Of a stretch of DNA of 64,000 nt, positions 1 through 16,629 are shown one piece after another. The stretch is from Antedon mediterranea. Lineage: Eukaryota; Animalia; Echinodermata. Position 1 is the first letter of the stretch; every line of letters begins with the position of its first letter. Below the pieces are notes generated by a model. It saw nothing but the letters and a program-made list of their open reading frames with translations, was not told where the DNA came from and searched no databases. The translations under genes and the position numbers were made by a program. The DNA lies in contig NC_092670.1 of NCBI RefSeq assembly GCF_964355755.1, forward strand, positions 12,696,795-12,760,794, in the 5' to 3' direction.

Positions 1-502
1 CCCTGCATACTGTAGTGTCATAGGGTTTAATATAAATTTAGTTAAAAAATGTGTTTACTACAGTACCATACCAAACAATGTTGCAATATAGCAAATATTT
101 ACAAGCTGATTTTTAAAATGAACATGGCATGCTACTACAAATCTATATTACTAATTAGGTCACCTAATTCTGGCTCATGGTAATTGGTATAGTACTGTAC
201 AGCACTGTACAGTACATGTAAGAACTAACTACTGTAACTACAGTACCTGTACTGTACTTTATGTCTTGATTTTAGGATAAATTAAACATCCTACAAAAAT
301 ATTAAATACTCTATCAATCATCATCATGGAAGAACACTACTCTGTATACGGTACGGCAGTTTTTTTTTTCCATAAAGTGTCTCCTTGTATAGTCCTATTT
401 GTGGTCTAATCAATATTAATTGGTTTGAAGGAGGTTTTCACAGATTGTTTGGGGTTTGTGCAAGGTTTGCATGCAACACCCTAGAAATGTCACATACAGT
501 AC

Positions 503-3500
503 CTTCTTCTTCAGTACCTGATCCATCCACATTATTATTTGGAGGTGGGGAGCCACTACCCTCGATGCTAATTCCATCCCCACTGCCTCCTTCCATTTCT
601 TCATCAGGATTTATATCCATCGTATTCCTTACTGGTACGTGGTCTTCATCTTTCTCCCGTGAATATGAGTTTTTGTTGTTTGATGCGTTTGCAAGCTTCA
701 GAAAAAGAAATAAAGATTAATTTATTGTTTTAAACTAAACCACAAACCAACAGTGATGTAAGTACACAGTAGTAGTCTATGATATGAGTACCACTTAAAT
801 TACAGTACCTGAATATCAAAATTAGCCTTTGTTTCAGAACAGAAAAAAATAAGAATTTTTCATTGAAACATCGTTGCCTGGAAATGTGACGGTCCACAAA
901 CTGTGGATCATTTATTTTCTCATTGCTGTGAGCATGTTTAAGTACAGTACAAGAATCAAAGGAACTAAAAGTATTCCAGGAATAGTATTACTGTACAATG
1001 AGTTGTTTTCTACACTTTGGATATAAGGGCTAATGTTGGTTTATCCGGGTAAGTTAGTCATGAAATAGACTACAGAATTTAATGTTCAGCTTTTAAAGTA
1101 AACTGGTACCAAAAAAATTTCGTTTAGTTTCGCTGAGGTACAATACTGTAGACAAAGATGTTAAAAACACACTTAAAAGAATTTAAAAATTTCACTGCAT
1201 TAATAATCTTCTAAGAGAATATGTTAAGCCAGTACCTCAGTCAACTTTGGCTTAGCCTACTGCACAGGTAGGTTGTACTATTCTGTACAATAACAAACAA
1301 TCAGGTCCTCCAATACTGTACCACACAATATAGTATTAATCTTAATCTTAGTACAGAAGTGTATTGTTTGCTCTTTCGCAATAAACTGTTCAACTTTCCC
1401 AAATTAAATACAGTTGAATATTATTACACAAACTAATGATTGAACCTTCAACCTGCAACTAATGGGCACAAATGGCTTGGAATTAAGAATCTATGCTATC
1501 ATAAGTACCATTAAACGGGAGCCAGGGATTTGCAGAGGTCGTAATATGGTTGTTACTAAACCAGGTACATCATGCACTTAAAACTATTGAATTTACAAAC
1601 GAACGCACATATAATTATCATCTCATTAACTTTGATAATATATTAAGTCTTTAGCGTCCGAAGTTCATTGCATAAAATTTTATGCGGTGCAATTAATTGA
1701 TAGATTTACACGCCTTTGCGATTGGGTACATTATCCTGATTATCTAGTCGGGCAAACTTATCCATTTTTATTATTAAATGCCACCTTCAATCAATATTCG
1801 CAACGCCTTTGAACTTTTACACATAATTCTATCAGTCAGTAAAGAAAGTTTATACGACTAAAACTGTTCATTGTACTGTATTTATTATAAAATACGACAT
1901 ACTTCAGTCGGTGGTAAAATACAGTAGCTAATGATGTTAATCAGTAGTAACGTTAAATGTGTTGTGAATATTGATGCACATTAGGATGGGCTCTTCGGCA
2001 TTGATGTTGTGTGAATTAGATTGCAATTTGAACCTTAAGGCACAGCTCAATAGTGTAACAGATATATCTGTCTGAATACATCTTATTAGTGTGTGAAATT
2101 AAGGCTCTGTCTACACTATCAAAACATGTTATGTGCCCATTATATGGCCATGATGATGTCATATCACTACCATATTTGGGCACATCACATTTATTTTGTC
2201 AAACTAGTTTTATAGAGTAAACACAGCTTACAGAATGTCTGCATCTGATATTACAGCAGTTAATAAAGATAAAAACATTATCCTTACTTTATTTATTACT
2301 TATTTCAGTGATGAATACAGTACATAAAAGGGAGCTCGGAAGAGAGACAAGAGTTGTCAAAGAAAACTACTCTAACACAATGTACCAATTCAAACATTAT
2401 CAATGGCAGTAAACAAATTTAGCAAACTAAAAGCGATTTTAATATTGTTCAAAATGAATGTCATAGTTTTAAATGTGTTAAATTTATAAAGATTGGCACA
2501 TTGGTCAATAAAAGATTCCTAAAGGTTCCTACTCAGAAAAATAAGGTTGTCCATAGAGCCTGTTTTTTGTTTAGCATTACTGTACAGTACAGTGTACAGT
2601 AGTTTAATAAATGATTTTTATTATTAATTATAATTTAATCAGATAACAATAGTTTGTTTTTAACCTGCTACTACACTACCTGTGACAATAACCACCACCC
2701 ATATGATGAATTAACCATTGTTTAAACTGTGGTTTTGTACTGGGTGGTGGTAGTGTTGTAATGTCCAATTTCCTATTAATTATTAATTAAAACACAAGTT
2801 GAATAGAAATAGCTGGGTGTTGGATAAAATTGGCTGTGTGGAATCTTATTTCAAACAATACCCTTATATGTTCCTTGTGTTAAAGAATAACAGGTATTTC
2901 CCCTCAATAACGTGAAAAAGAAATATCACTGAAAAGGACCTTTAATAGGCCATTTCGCAGTTTTACTCAAGTTAACATTTCCATACAAAACAGTTTTCAC
3001 TTATCAAAAGAACCAAAACCCATCGACTTCTATTCTATTTCTAATCAATTTAGCTTTACTTAACACCGTTTTTTACAGACAAATAATTTTTTCTCAATCC
3101 AATTTTTTAGTAACTATAGTAAATGTGACATTAAAATGGCATATTCAAACATTTAAAAAAATATTCTTTTAGGGAACAAAATATCTTTAGTTTCTGTACA
3201 TTTACAGAATAATAACAATACTTAGAACTGTATACAGTTCAACCATTATTTTATATATTATTTTATAGGCACAAAGCAGAGAGCAAACAAAATAATAAAA
3301 GCTTATCATCATATCATAAACCATAAATATGGTCAATAAATGTTACAGTACAGTAATTGTTACCTAGTACCATGTCTCATAAATTGTTAATATTCTAAGA
3401 CTGTGAATTGTATGATACTGTAAATTATACCAAACAATGATACAGTACTGCAGCCTGGGTACTGTACAGTATGGGTCGGTACTATCTCGCATATTACTGC

Positions 3501-6500
3501 AACACAGTTGTCAGTATCAATAGTTCCAGGAAAAAGTGAGTGAAAAAAAGAAGTTGATAAAACACTGCTTTAAACCAAAGTACTATATTTCCAGGAATTA
3601 GAAAACAAAATTGAATGCTAAATCACATCCATACAGTGTAACCACCAAAGGTGGCTCACATTTCATCATGGCCATTTGAAAATGAACTTTAATCTAATTA
3701 CAGTAATAGATTTTCAATTCATCCATTAGAATAGAAGATATTTTATTTTAATACAGTTTAAGTTAAATTGGCTATAAACAAATTAATTACCTAAATAAGG
3801 CCACAACCAGAGGGTTTTAGGGGTTTAAACATACCCTTTTGATTTAAAACAGCCTAGTTCTTGACGAATTTACTTTTTAGCCCTTTTTGTAAAAAAAAGG
3901 AACTTCTCTCTACAGATCTGCACATTAATATCCTGGCTACATGTTTGCCTAATTCACTGAATATTCATATCGTATGATACTACTGACTGTATACCAATGA
4001 TCAAGTACTGTAACTCTTCAAAAACTGGACAATTTTGGTGGTGCAATATTTGAACAAGATAGTATACTATTTACTCAATACTTTGTCTTTGTTCAGTGTA
4101 TTGTTATTAATAATACTTGTCAAAACGTCACATCAATCACTCAATAAATACAACAGTTTACAGGTAATACTGTGTGACATTGTAAAGGTTCAAAATGTCA
4201 CTAAAAATACAAGACTTGAAGCACCCTCAATGAAATTTGACCTCTGACCTTGGGTAAACATAGAAATACTTTGCCCTACATGGGCCTTGTACTAAAGATC
4301 TACTGTATTGTGACACACACCCATTAACTCATAAATTCAGGGTTGTGGGTCAATAACATGTGACATTTAATGTTAGTTTTCAATGATGATGACTGGTTTA
4401 TTTCTGAATTACCCTAGCAACTAAACAGTAAACTGTACATTGTAATACTTTTGATGACATTTTCTTCAACATTACATGGTTCAATTCAAGGCCTGGGTTT
4501 GCAAAGTTTTTTGGAGGTTTTGATCATCTGATAATACTGTACTAAACTGAGTATAGTGTAACATACAGTACTACTATTGAATTGCTGTATACACATCGTA
4601 GAGACGAAGAAAACCATTGTTAATTAACAAAGTACAATACAATAAATAATAATATTCGTTCATAGTGCTATTTGCACAATGCATCTAAGTTACTAAGTGC
4701 GGGTATTGCTAAACACCGCAAACCCCGCAAACCCCCGCAAACCTCCAAAAAAACATAGCAAACCCCACCGAACCAACATAAAAGTGATTGAATCATGTAG
4801 TATACAACCCACTGGGTTTATCAATGTAAAAAAAAAATACATTTTTACTGTTAACAACTTATTTTTGGGGTAAAACATCATTTTTTCAAATCAAAAATGA
4901 TTGTTAAACCCCGCAAACCTCCAAAAAACCATAGCAAACCCCACCGAACCAACATAAAAGTGATTGAATAATGTACAGTAGTGTACGACCCACTGGGTAT
5001 ATAAATTATTAAAATTCTACTGTTAACTACTTTTTTGGGGATAAAACATCATTTTTTGGTTAAAAATTAGCAATCATTTTTGACCAAAAAATGATGTTTT
5101 ACCCCAAAAATAAGTAGTTAACAGTAGAAATTTAATTTTTTTTTTACATGGATATAGCCAGTGGGTTGTACACTACATGATTCAATCACTTTTATGTTGG
5201 TTCGGTGGGGTTTGCTATATTTTTTTGGAGGTTTGCGGGGTTTAGCAATCATTTTTGACCAAAAAATGATGTTTTACCCCAAAAATAAGTAGTTAACAGT
5301 AGAAATTTAATATTTTTTTAACATGAATATACCCAGTGGGTTGTACACTACATGATTCAATCACTTTTATGTTGGTTCAATGGGGTTTGCTATATTTTTT
5401 TGGAGGTTTGCGGGGTTTGCGGTGTTTAGCAATACCCCTAAGTGCTTCACATTATCGCCTCTGTCATTTTTTGGTAAAACATGTATGAATTGAAACCATA
5501 GTGTTCTCCCACAATGCAGCAGCTAGTAATCAGGTTAAAGTTATGTCTTGACCTAACCGGGCACTCCCATTATAAGCTCTGAAGAACCCTGTCTGTACAC
5601 TTACTGTAACACAGTATAAAAGAACCCTGTCTGTACACTTACTGTAACACAGTATAAAAGCAACAATCATGGTTGTTCTTTTCATACTGTAGTTTAACTA
5701 GTATTACCAACACATAATTTAATCCACCAGTGATCTACTCTTTTGTCACCTGAATGAAGAAGATTTTGCATTTGTCATTGTCACACCATAAACTAACATA
5801 ATCCCTGTCTATTGAAAATTTCAATTGTTCGGCCTAGTCAAAGAGGCGACAACACTAGTGATCGATCCTTTCGGGTGGATGAATAGACCCACAGGAAGTG
5901 ATCATTGTGTGCAAAATAAAAAGATTTTCTTGATTTTAAACTAAAATGCTAAATCTTCTATGGTATTTACAGTCCTATATTTAAAATCTTTGATGAAATG
6001 GCTATGAATAATAGATGAAAAATACATGCTGATAAAGTAACTTTCACACCTTTAGGAATTGGTTTAAAACATGACTGATTTTGAATTCTTGTACAGTACA
6101 GAGATTGAACACTCTCTAAAACCTTTTAATAGACTAGTGTTTGGCAACTGTACATCTACATGTAAATAGTAAAGGTGAAAGACATGTACTGTATGTAGCG
6201 CTATATGAATAAATATTTAAAAAAAGAAAGTCCTATTTCTAGTAGCCCTAAAAGTATTACTATATTTTTGCTTACACCATTTTTAAAAATGTGTACATTT
6301 AGTAGCAAATATCGTACTACAGTACCTGTACTAATAAAGGTAGTTTATGTAGTATTTTGCTATCAGTATGCTACACACTTCAAAAATGTTACCCGACTAA
6401 TACTGTACAGTATAGTTTTTATTAATACCATTCCATTTTGTATTAAAATTGTAATTAATTCCAAGCTGCACTTTACAAAAAACCATTGAAATAAACTCAT

Positions 6501-8238
6501 GATTTATGTATCATAACAATACTACCAAGTAATAAAAACATAATTTGTTTATGTCTCACAATAAGAACTATATACAATAGTACTAAACTGAAAATACTAT
6601 AGTGAAATGATGGCAATATATTTTATTGTGCAACAGAAACCACATACGGTAACTTTATTATTGTGTAGATTTACAATACAGCACATAAATGTAAATTAAA
6701 TAATAAAGTACACATTAGCTCATGTCTGAATATAAATTTCTTAAGTTACTGTATAAGTTAAGTTACTGTATAAGTTACACAGTATGATTTTAGACAGTGA
6801 GTGACAAATAAACAATGCTTGATTTGAGGATCCAGAAATTATATGTAAAAAAATAATTATTAAATAATATTCACACTCACTGAACTGAGCATGGGTGGTA
6901 CATTTAGGCATGAGGACTTATTTCAATGAAATACTGTATAATCCTACAGAACTGTACATCATTGTGATGATGTCACAATATGTAGTATGAAAATAAAATA
7001 GCTTTAAATTTAACAAATAAAAAAAGTCATTGACCCATTCAATAACCTTAAGTTTTCTTCGAAAAAAGATTTGAGCAATACTAAAGGAAGTAGTGATTTA
7101 CTTTGTTAAGCACAATTTGTACATTTGTTTCAGTTCATCAGTGTGTGGGTGAGCTAGCCTAGAATATCATTCACCAGATACAGTTAATACATATCTCTAT
7201 GCATTATATATTCAATAAACACAAGTTGTCACTGGACATGTACAGTATGTACAAAGTATAAAGTCTTGTCAATCAAGGTTTAACAGGAAATTTCAGTACC
7301 AAGCACATTAAAAGACAATTAGGGAAAAAAATTATTGTCTACACATTATCCATTCCCTTTTCATTGGGTGATTAGTCACACAGTAGACATTTTATCAATT
7401 CAAAGTAGAATGACTCATACCACATTAAATTTACCTATTTTCATTCAAATAAATTATTTTTAGATAAATTAACAGGTAGAACTCAACAAAATATCCCGAT
7501 AGGGATGTCCCCTAAATATAGGTGTTGGCCGTAATGTTTGAAACAGTAATTTTTCCTTACTTTTACTATACTAGGCCCTTATATTATTTAATATAAATAC
7601 TAATTATTAATATTACTATGTTTTTAATAATATACATATATATACCGGTACTGTATTTTAAATTGTTAATATCTTTTAAAAAATAAATAGGGGCCTAGGC
7701 CTAGCTAGGCCTAGAAAAAAAAATACCGCATGATTCGATTGTCCATCGTGATGCTGCGCGCCTAAACTAAAAAGTAGGGCGCGCTACACTTGGTTTGGTT
7801 CAGTTCCACCTCTTGTCTTCTAATAAAGAGCTAGGCCGGTCTAGCCCACTAATATTAATACTATAGGCTTTATCATTATTTATTGGAATACATCATAGGC
7901 CTCACATAGGCTAGGCCCACCACCACCATACATTAACGTTGATTGAGAAAACATTTTTTTAGTAACAAAGAGTGCAAGACAAATCAATTTGTGTAAAATA
8001 ATACAGTATTATGAAGACTAAATGTAACGTATTATATACACATAACGGTACAGGATTATATATATATTTCCATTTTGTATAATAGATGCTAAATAGTCGT
8101 AACAAATCAATAACACAGATCCCACAGTCAGCCCCGGTACGACACGACGGCAGCAGGGGACTGTTTCATGCTTTCACAAATAATTACCTCGTCCAGGCTA
8201 AAAAGCGCCAAGAAGCACACGCAAACGTACAACCTCAT
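503..8238 (-). CDS. SDC: Syndecan-like heparan-sulfate proteoglycan, first two coding exons (gene continues beyond window start)
   Basis: Exon 8188..8238 encodes MRLYVCVCFLALFSLDE (donor GAG|GTAATT) and splices in phase 0 to exon 503..695 (acceptor TTTCTGAAG|): LANASNNK...EEMEGGSGDGISIEGSGS...VDGSGTEEE. Together: a signal peptide plus three acidic-flanked Ser-Gly GAG sites, matching the syndecan exon1/exon2 layout. The diagnostic TM and cytoplasmic exons are outside the window. Confidence 0.72.
2102..2228. mobile_element. PIF/Harbinger-like MITE family A (AGCTCTGTCTACACTATCAAA ends)
   Basis: TIR GCTCTGTCTACACTATCAAA...TTTGATAGTGTAGACAGAGC with a GTGCCC-ATATGG core. Six copies seen in the window. 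Confidence 0.7.
4701..5437. mobile_element. Non-autonomous foldback DNA transposon, 8-bp TSD, GGG termini (Merlin-like)
   Basis: TIRs GGGTATTGCTAAACACCGCAAACCCCGCAAA / TTTGCGGGGTTTGCGGTGTTTAGCAATACCC. Perfect TSD CTAAGTGC at 4693..4700 and 5438..5445. Two ~180-bp units per arm in mirror arrangement. Confidence 0.88.
5583..5658. repeat. 38-bp perfect tandem duplication
   Basis: AGAACCCTGTCTGTACACTTACTGTAACACAGTATAAA x2. Confidence 0.9.
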
Positions 8239-9860
8239 TCTACGTCGATTTTGTGTATTATCCTTTAGGAATAAATCCAAAGTAAGAGTAAATAACCAAC
8301 AATACTTATACTTCCAGTTGAGTACCAATTTAAACTTCACAAATGTCCAATAATAAACAAAACTAAACAATAAATTCTCTCAAATTTTGTTCACTGTACT
8401 TGTCGACGATAACCGAATGAAATTCCATACAAAACAACAACTGTGAAACAATTAGCGGATGAATCTAAAGTTCGCCAAAAGAGAGAGTTAGCACTTGCGC
8501 TGTGTGTGGTACGTTCTGCAAAAACTACACAATTCTAGAATAATTACGCAACAGAAAAAACTACTAACAAGTTAAACTTCATCCAACTTGTTTACATTTT
8601 CTATGATAAATTATCTATGTGTAATTTATTTTTCAAAAATTAGGGACTTTTTCGAACTATTTCTTATCCTGTGTCAAGGACTTAACTCTCCAATGACGTC
8701 ATCTTCAAAAGTCACTGAAGTTTTTTATTTCCGGATGTGGTGACAGGATACTGACCCAATTATAAATTTCTTAATTTTACTTTTTAAACTGTGACGTAAT
8801 ATTACACTTGTCTGTGTACTTTCTTCACATATTAAAATCATAAAAACACGTGTGTAACTTTTGTTTGCAACCCAGTAAAATAATGTTGCAAAATTAATTA
8901 AATGTTTCCCTTTTTTAGATTTAATTGTGATTATGAAATGAAATAAACCTAAGATTGGTGTCCTTCACACCCACATAAATTAACAATACAATACTAGTCA
9001 TACTTTTAAAATTTATTTAGTGAAATTTATTTTAAAAAGATAAATCTTTTAAAATCGTATACAATTTATATTTTCAGTCATTTCTTCGTTGAATCAATTT
9101 GTATTGTCGTTCTCAAGTTCATTTTAAACTACTAATTAATTAATTGTACTGAGTTTATTACTATTTATACATAAATTATATAATTCTCTGTCCAATATTG
9201 TTTTTCTAACGTCTTTTATCATCTTTTTTTCTTTGTTTTATTATCCCAAATATATTTCAGTTTTCTAATTGTTCTTTCTTTTTCACATTCCTCCATAGAT
9301 AGTGTTTTAATTGGTGTGTATTTGAAATCGAATCATAATCTTCATACAGCATATTAACATTTGTTTGTCTGTGGCATGGTTACATAACACATACAACAAA
9401 AGTTACTAGTACAGTACTTCAAAATACTGTATACTAATATTATTATTCACTTTTATTTAAAATATCAAAAATCGACCAAAATTACAACTCGTGGCTAAGA
9501 CTAAGAGCCAAATTGCGTGTAAAAAACATGTCATAGCAAAAATATATATAATACTACTGTAGTATATTTCCCAAAAAAATATGTGGACCTAATAATGTTA
9601 ACATAGAGGGCGTTTTTAGAATTAATAAGTTCACTTCACAATCTATAATAATAAAATTAATATACAGTAGTACAAAACACACAAATACAAAGAAAATTTA
9701 CTATTTATTTCAAAATAGTTTATTTCAAAAATTAAAATTAATTGCATCAAAAATTAAACATCAAATATTAAAAAAATATTTGATGCAAATAGGCCTATAC
9801 ATTATTTATTTAAAAGCAATAACAAAAATATTATTTCATAGATATATGTATTTCGTATTG

Positions 9861-12939
<3,079 letters not shown>

Positions 12940-13518
12940 ATTGAAGAATAATCAGTTCATTTCAACATAAAACACCGAATCTTGCCTCTGTAAACTTTTA
13001 GGCCTCGGTCGCGCTTATCTGACTAGGGACTCTGACTACTAGTTGTTTTGGTGGTGGTGGTCGGTGTGAAAATTTAGCTCTGGTTCCCGACGCATTTTCG
13101 GTCATATTCTGAACTACAGAGGGCTCTCTTCCGAATTTCTCTCTCACGCAAATAATTATTTTATATTAATGAATACTTCGAGAAATAATAATTTATTAGG
13201 TCTATGAAATAATGATAATCATGACATTGAAGCGATTACTATTTATCATTATAATAATAATGATATTATTATCCGAACACAATGATGAATGATGTTGGTA
13301 CAGCAGTTTAATGCGCATTAGACGACGGGTTATCATGAAGGTGCATTCGCGCGTACGTAATAATGGCGTATCATTATGAGCGCGCATCTCGTGTGATGCC
13401 GCTGATGATGGTCAAATAGATTAAACCATTTCTCAAGCAAATACTTCAAGTCGTTAGGACAACGGCACGAAAATGCACCGGTATGTTGATTCCATGTAAA
13501 CAGAAAGATGGACAATTG

Positions 13519-13600
13519 TTAACAATAGATTCTATAATAAAGATTAACAATAGATTCTATAATAAAGATTAACAATAGATTCTATAATAAAGATTAACAA
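13519..13600. repeat. 25-bp tandem repeat x3.3
   Basis: TTAACAATAGATTCTATAATAAAGA repeated. Confidence 0.9.
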
Positions 13601-16114
13601 AAAAATCTAAGGTCTATTATGCATTAGCAAATAACCCTGGAACAGACTGGCAAATGTGAACGTCTTATGTTACTTCTCCGTTAGATTAATAGCGCACATT
13701 AATTCATTTCTTTGTTGGCGAGGTTGGGTCCAGACCGGCCTATGTTTTCTAATGAGATCGTGTTTGAAATTAATACTCGCGTGTAATTAATCTTCCTTGA
13801 TTACTACATTTAGCTATAATCCTGGTAATATTAATACGCCAAATAGATGATCAATATTTTGTAATTATAATTTGTAAGTATACTATAATTTATTAAAGTC
13901 TAATATAGGCTGTATTTTTGTTGTGCGTGTTCGTAGTTGTTACTGCCGTGAATAATTAAAACCTTTACTTTAGATTTGAATTTATTTTATTTTGGTATTA
14001 ATGTATTTAGATATTTAGAATGCTATCACTTTTTTCATAAAATTATTCGTATTGAAAGTCAACATTTTCAAGATTCAGACTGAAATAATTTACAACAAAA
14101 CCCATCGTAAAAAATGAATAATAAATACTTTGACACATAGGTCTAATAATGTCAAAGAATTCATGGTGTAAATCATTTTGCGAATAAAATATTATCTTAA
14201 AATGTGTGGAATTTAAGAATGTCTTGTACAGAAATTATTGGTCTTCTCGCATATAACATTTGGTAGGCCTACAAAGGAGTTCCTATAGGCTTTATAGGCT
14301 TATATCGTGTTTTAGGAACAGCCTATATAAAGCCTAGCCTATTTACCATATTATTAACTCGACTCGACTGCGTAGAATTAATGTTATAGCCAGTTTTCTT
14401 CTCATTCTCTCAAGTGTTGTGTTTGAAGTGGAAACTTACAGTTTCGGCAGGATGGCAACTTCGGGATTTTCATACTTTGGAGGTACAAGACCAAAGTAGG
14501 TATTCATGGTGTGTTTAATTCTTAATGCAATGACAAGACGCAACGTAAGCGAGTTGACCAATGATGAGCAACAGGTCAAATAATCCATCGCTTGTGATTG
14601 GTCAAATTACTTGTGGATCCAAGTGGGATTAAGCTCGCAAGATTCACACTTGAACGCAACGCAAGGATTTAAGCGCACGCCAACTAATTTAATCAATCAC
14701 GACGCGCAATGGATCGTCCGAACGCAGTGCGTGGAAACAAGCTTGAAAGGGATGATAGCTGAATTTAAGAATGAGTATAGGTTTGTATGTACCTGATGTA
14801 TTATTAGTGCTGATAAATTTAAAAACGTGTTTGTCTACCCACCAAACCACACATAAACCTTTTTCCACCGTGTAATAAATGCACCTGCTATAGTATAGTG
14901 AAATCCAATAAATTCTTCGCAAATATACTCTCATGAAGAATAATTATTAATTCAAGTCATTAACCAATGAAATTAAGCCTTATGACGTATTTAGTTGGTC
15001 TCTAGTCACACTATAGATAGTTTACTGTGTTAGTATAATATCTATATGATGGTCACACTTACATCACAAACGCACGCATTCTCAGAATTATTTTGTCTGA
15101 TGAAAGTACTATTTTGGATGTGGCTTATACAAATAGGGCAAAGGATTTAACGGTTTAAATCATATCGGTGGATAGCATTTACTTTTCGGTAAATTGGGGA
15201 TGGACAGATACGATGATATGAGTAACGCCGAGCAAATGTAAGTATTCAGTGACATCACATCGAAACAAATTGTTCGCGCGCGTAAAATCATTGATAGACA
15301 TTATTATAATGGCATACATTTCGTATATTAAAAGGGAACAAAAGCATTATGTGATGGGTCGTATTCACTTACATACTCAATACTCATTAGAAAAGGTGGG
15401 CCAATGAAATAACATCGTACGTGCACGTAAAATGATACCCCCGGATAACAAAAACATCAACGCATTTTGGTCGTACTCACCTCCATTACATTAAGAATGT
15501 TTTAAAGATCCGATTAGCAACAACACCGACCACCAAAATGTAGGAATTCAGCCATCATACCGGACCACGCGTGGCGAAGATATACATTTTTACGCGCGCG
15601 CGTACAAATATTGATAAAATAAAGGATAGCTACATGTTGGCTCAATTTAAATTAGGTTAAATTTAAGTTTAAAAAGAAGGAACAGAGGTTGAAGATGAAT
15701 AAACGTGGTGTATTGAAGTACGAAATGTATGTTTTGCAGTAATTATAATCATTTTAGCACGATTATTTATAGGCCTATAACTGGGTTAAGAGAACGGTTG
15801 TCATTTTTACGTGGAATTACACATCTCCTAGGTAGATAGAACATAATGAGCATAATGACCTACGTATCTGTAAATAATTATCACGTTAAAAATTAACTTT
15901 AATGCACTAACATTTGTTCACAACTTATAGGAAAAGATATTATTTAATTAAACGCGACGATAAAATTAAAATGTCGAAAACATACGATAATGTGTTTAAT
16001 ATGTGCAACATTATATAAAGTTCACACGCATATTGTTTAATGTAAATAATTATGTTGAAAAATACACATCATAAAAAGAATATAGTGATAGTGCGCATGT
16101 CTGTGTATTGTTTC

Positions 16115-16127
16115 TTTCCTTAGCAAC
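16115..16127. promoter_or_regulatory. X-box-like motif upstream of CIMIP5
   Basis: TTTCCTTAGCAAC about 500 bp before the ATG of a ciliary gene; imperfect left half. Confidence 0.4.
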
Positions 16128-16629
16128 GATAGTGTAAACTTTACAGATCCACGGACACTTCATAGAAAAACTGATAAAAGAATCACTCATCTGTTTAGTG
16201 TCCTTTCAAAGCAAAACAATAGGGAGCGGGTCTCACCGAAATTTCAATTAGAAATTCGTGTGTATCGAATAGGCCTAATGCTTCATAATGCAGGAGGATT
16301 TTTTTTTAAAGATTGTAGACCTATTTATCATGTTATTTAAATAATATTATCGTTGACAAACAGTTCATTGGATGAGTTAATAAGTAATAATCTGGAGGGA
16401 GATAACGTGGACGATTACTTTAGGCTAATACTTTAATTATTTGTAATAATCTGCGAATGCCGAGAGTTTTAGAGAGATCAAATCGCGTGACCCCACCGGT
16501 GGAATTCACACTGAACTTGACTTACACTCGACTTGTCGTTAATAGCATTCACAGCACACCCATGGGTATAATCGCTGCTTTGTGGTAACATTTCTTCGTT
16601 GAATTTTATACACCAAAGAGCAAAACATA

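Noticed and set aside
385-720. 111-aa plus-strand ORF
   Set aside because: Antisense shadow of the syndecan-like exon 503..695.
7121-7146. Minimal hammerhead ribozyme (minus strand CTGATGA-ACT-GAAAC)
   Set aside because: No stem II or stem III and no cleavage triplet can be formed.
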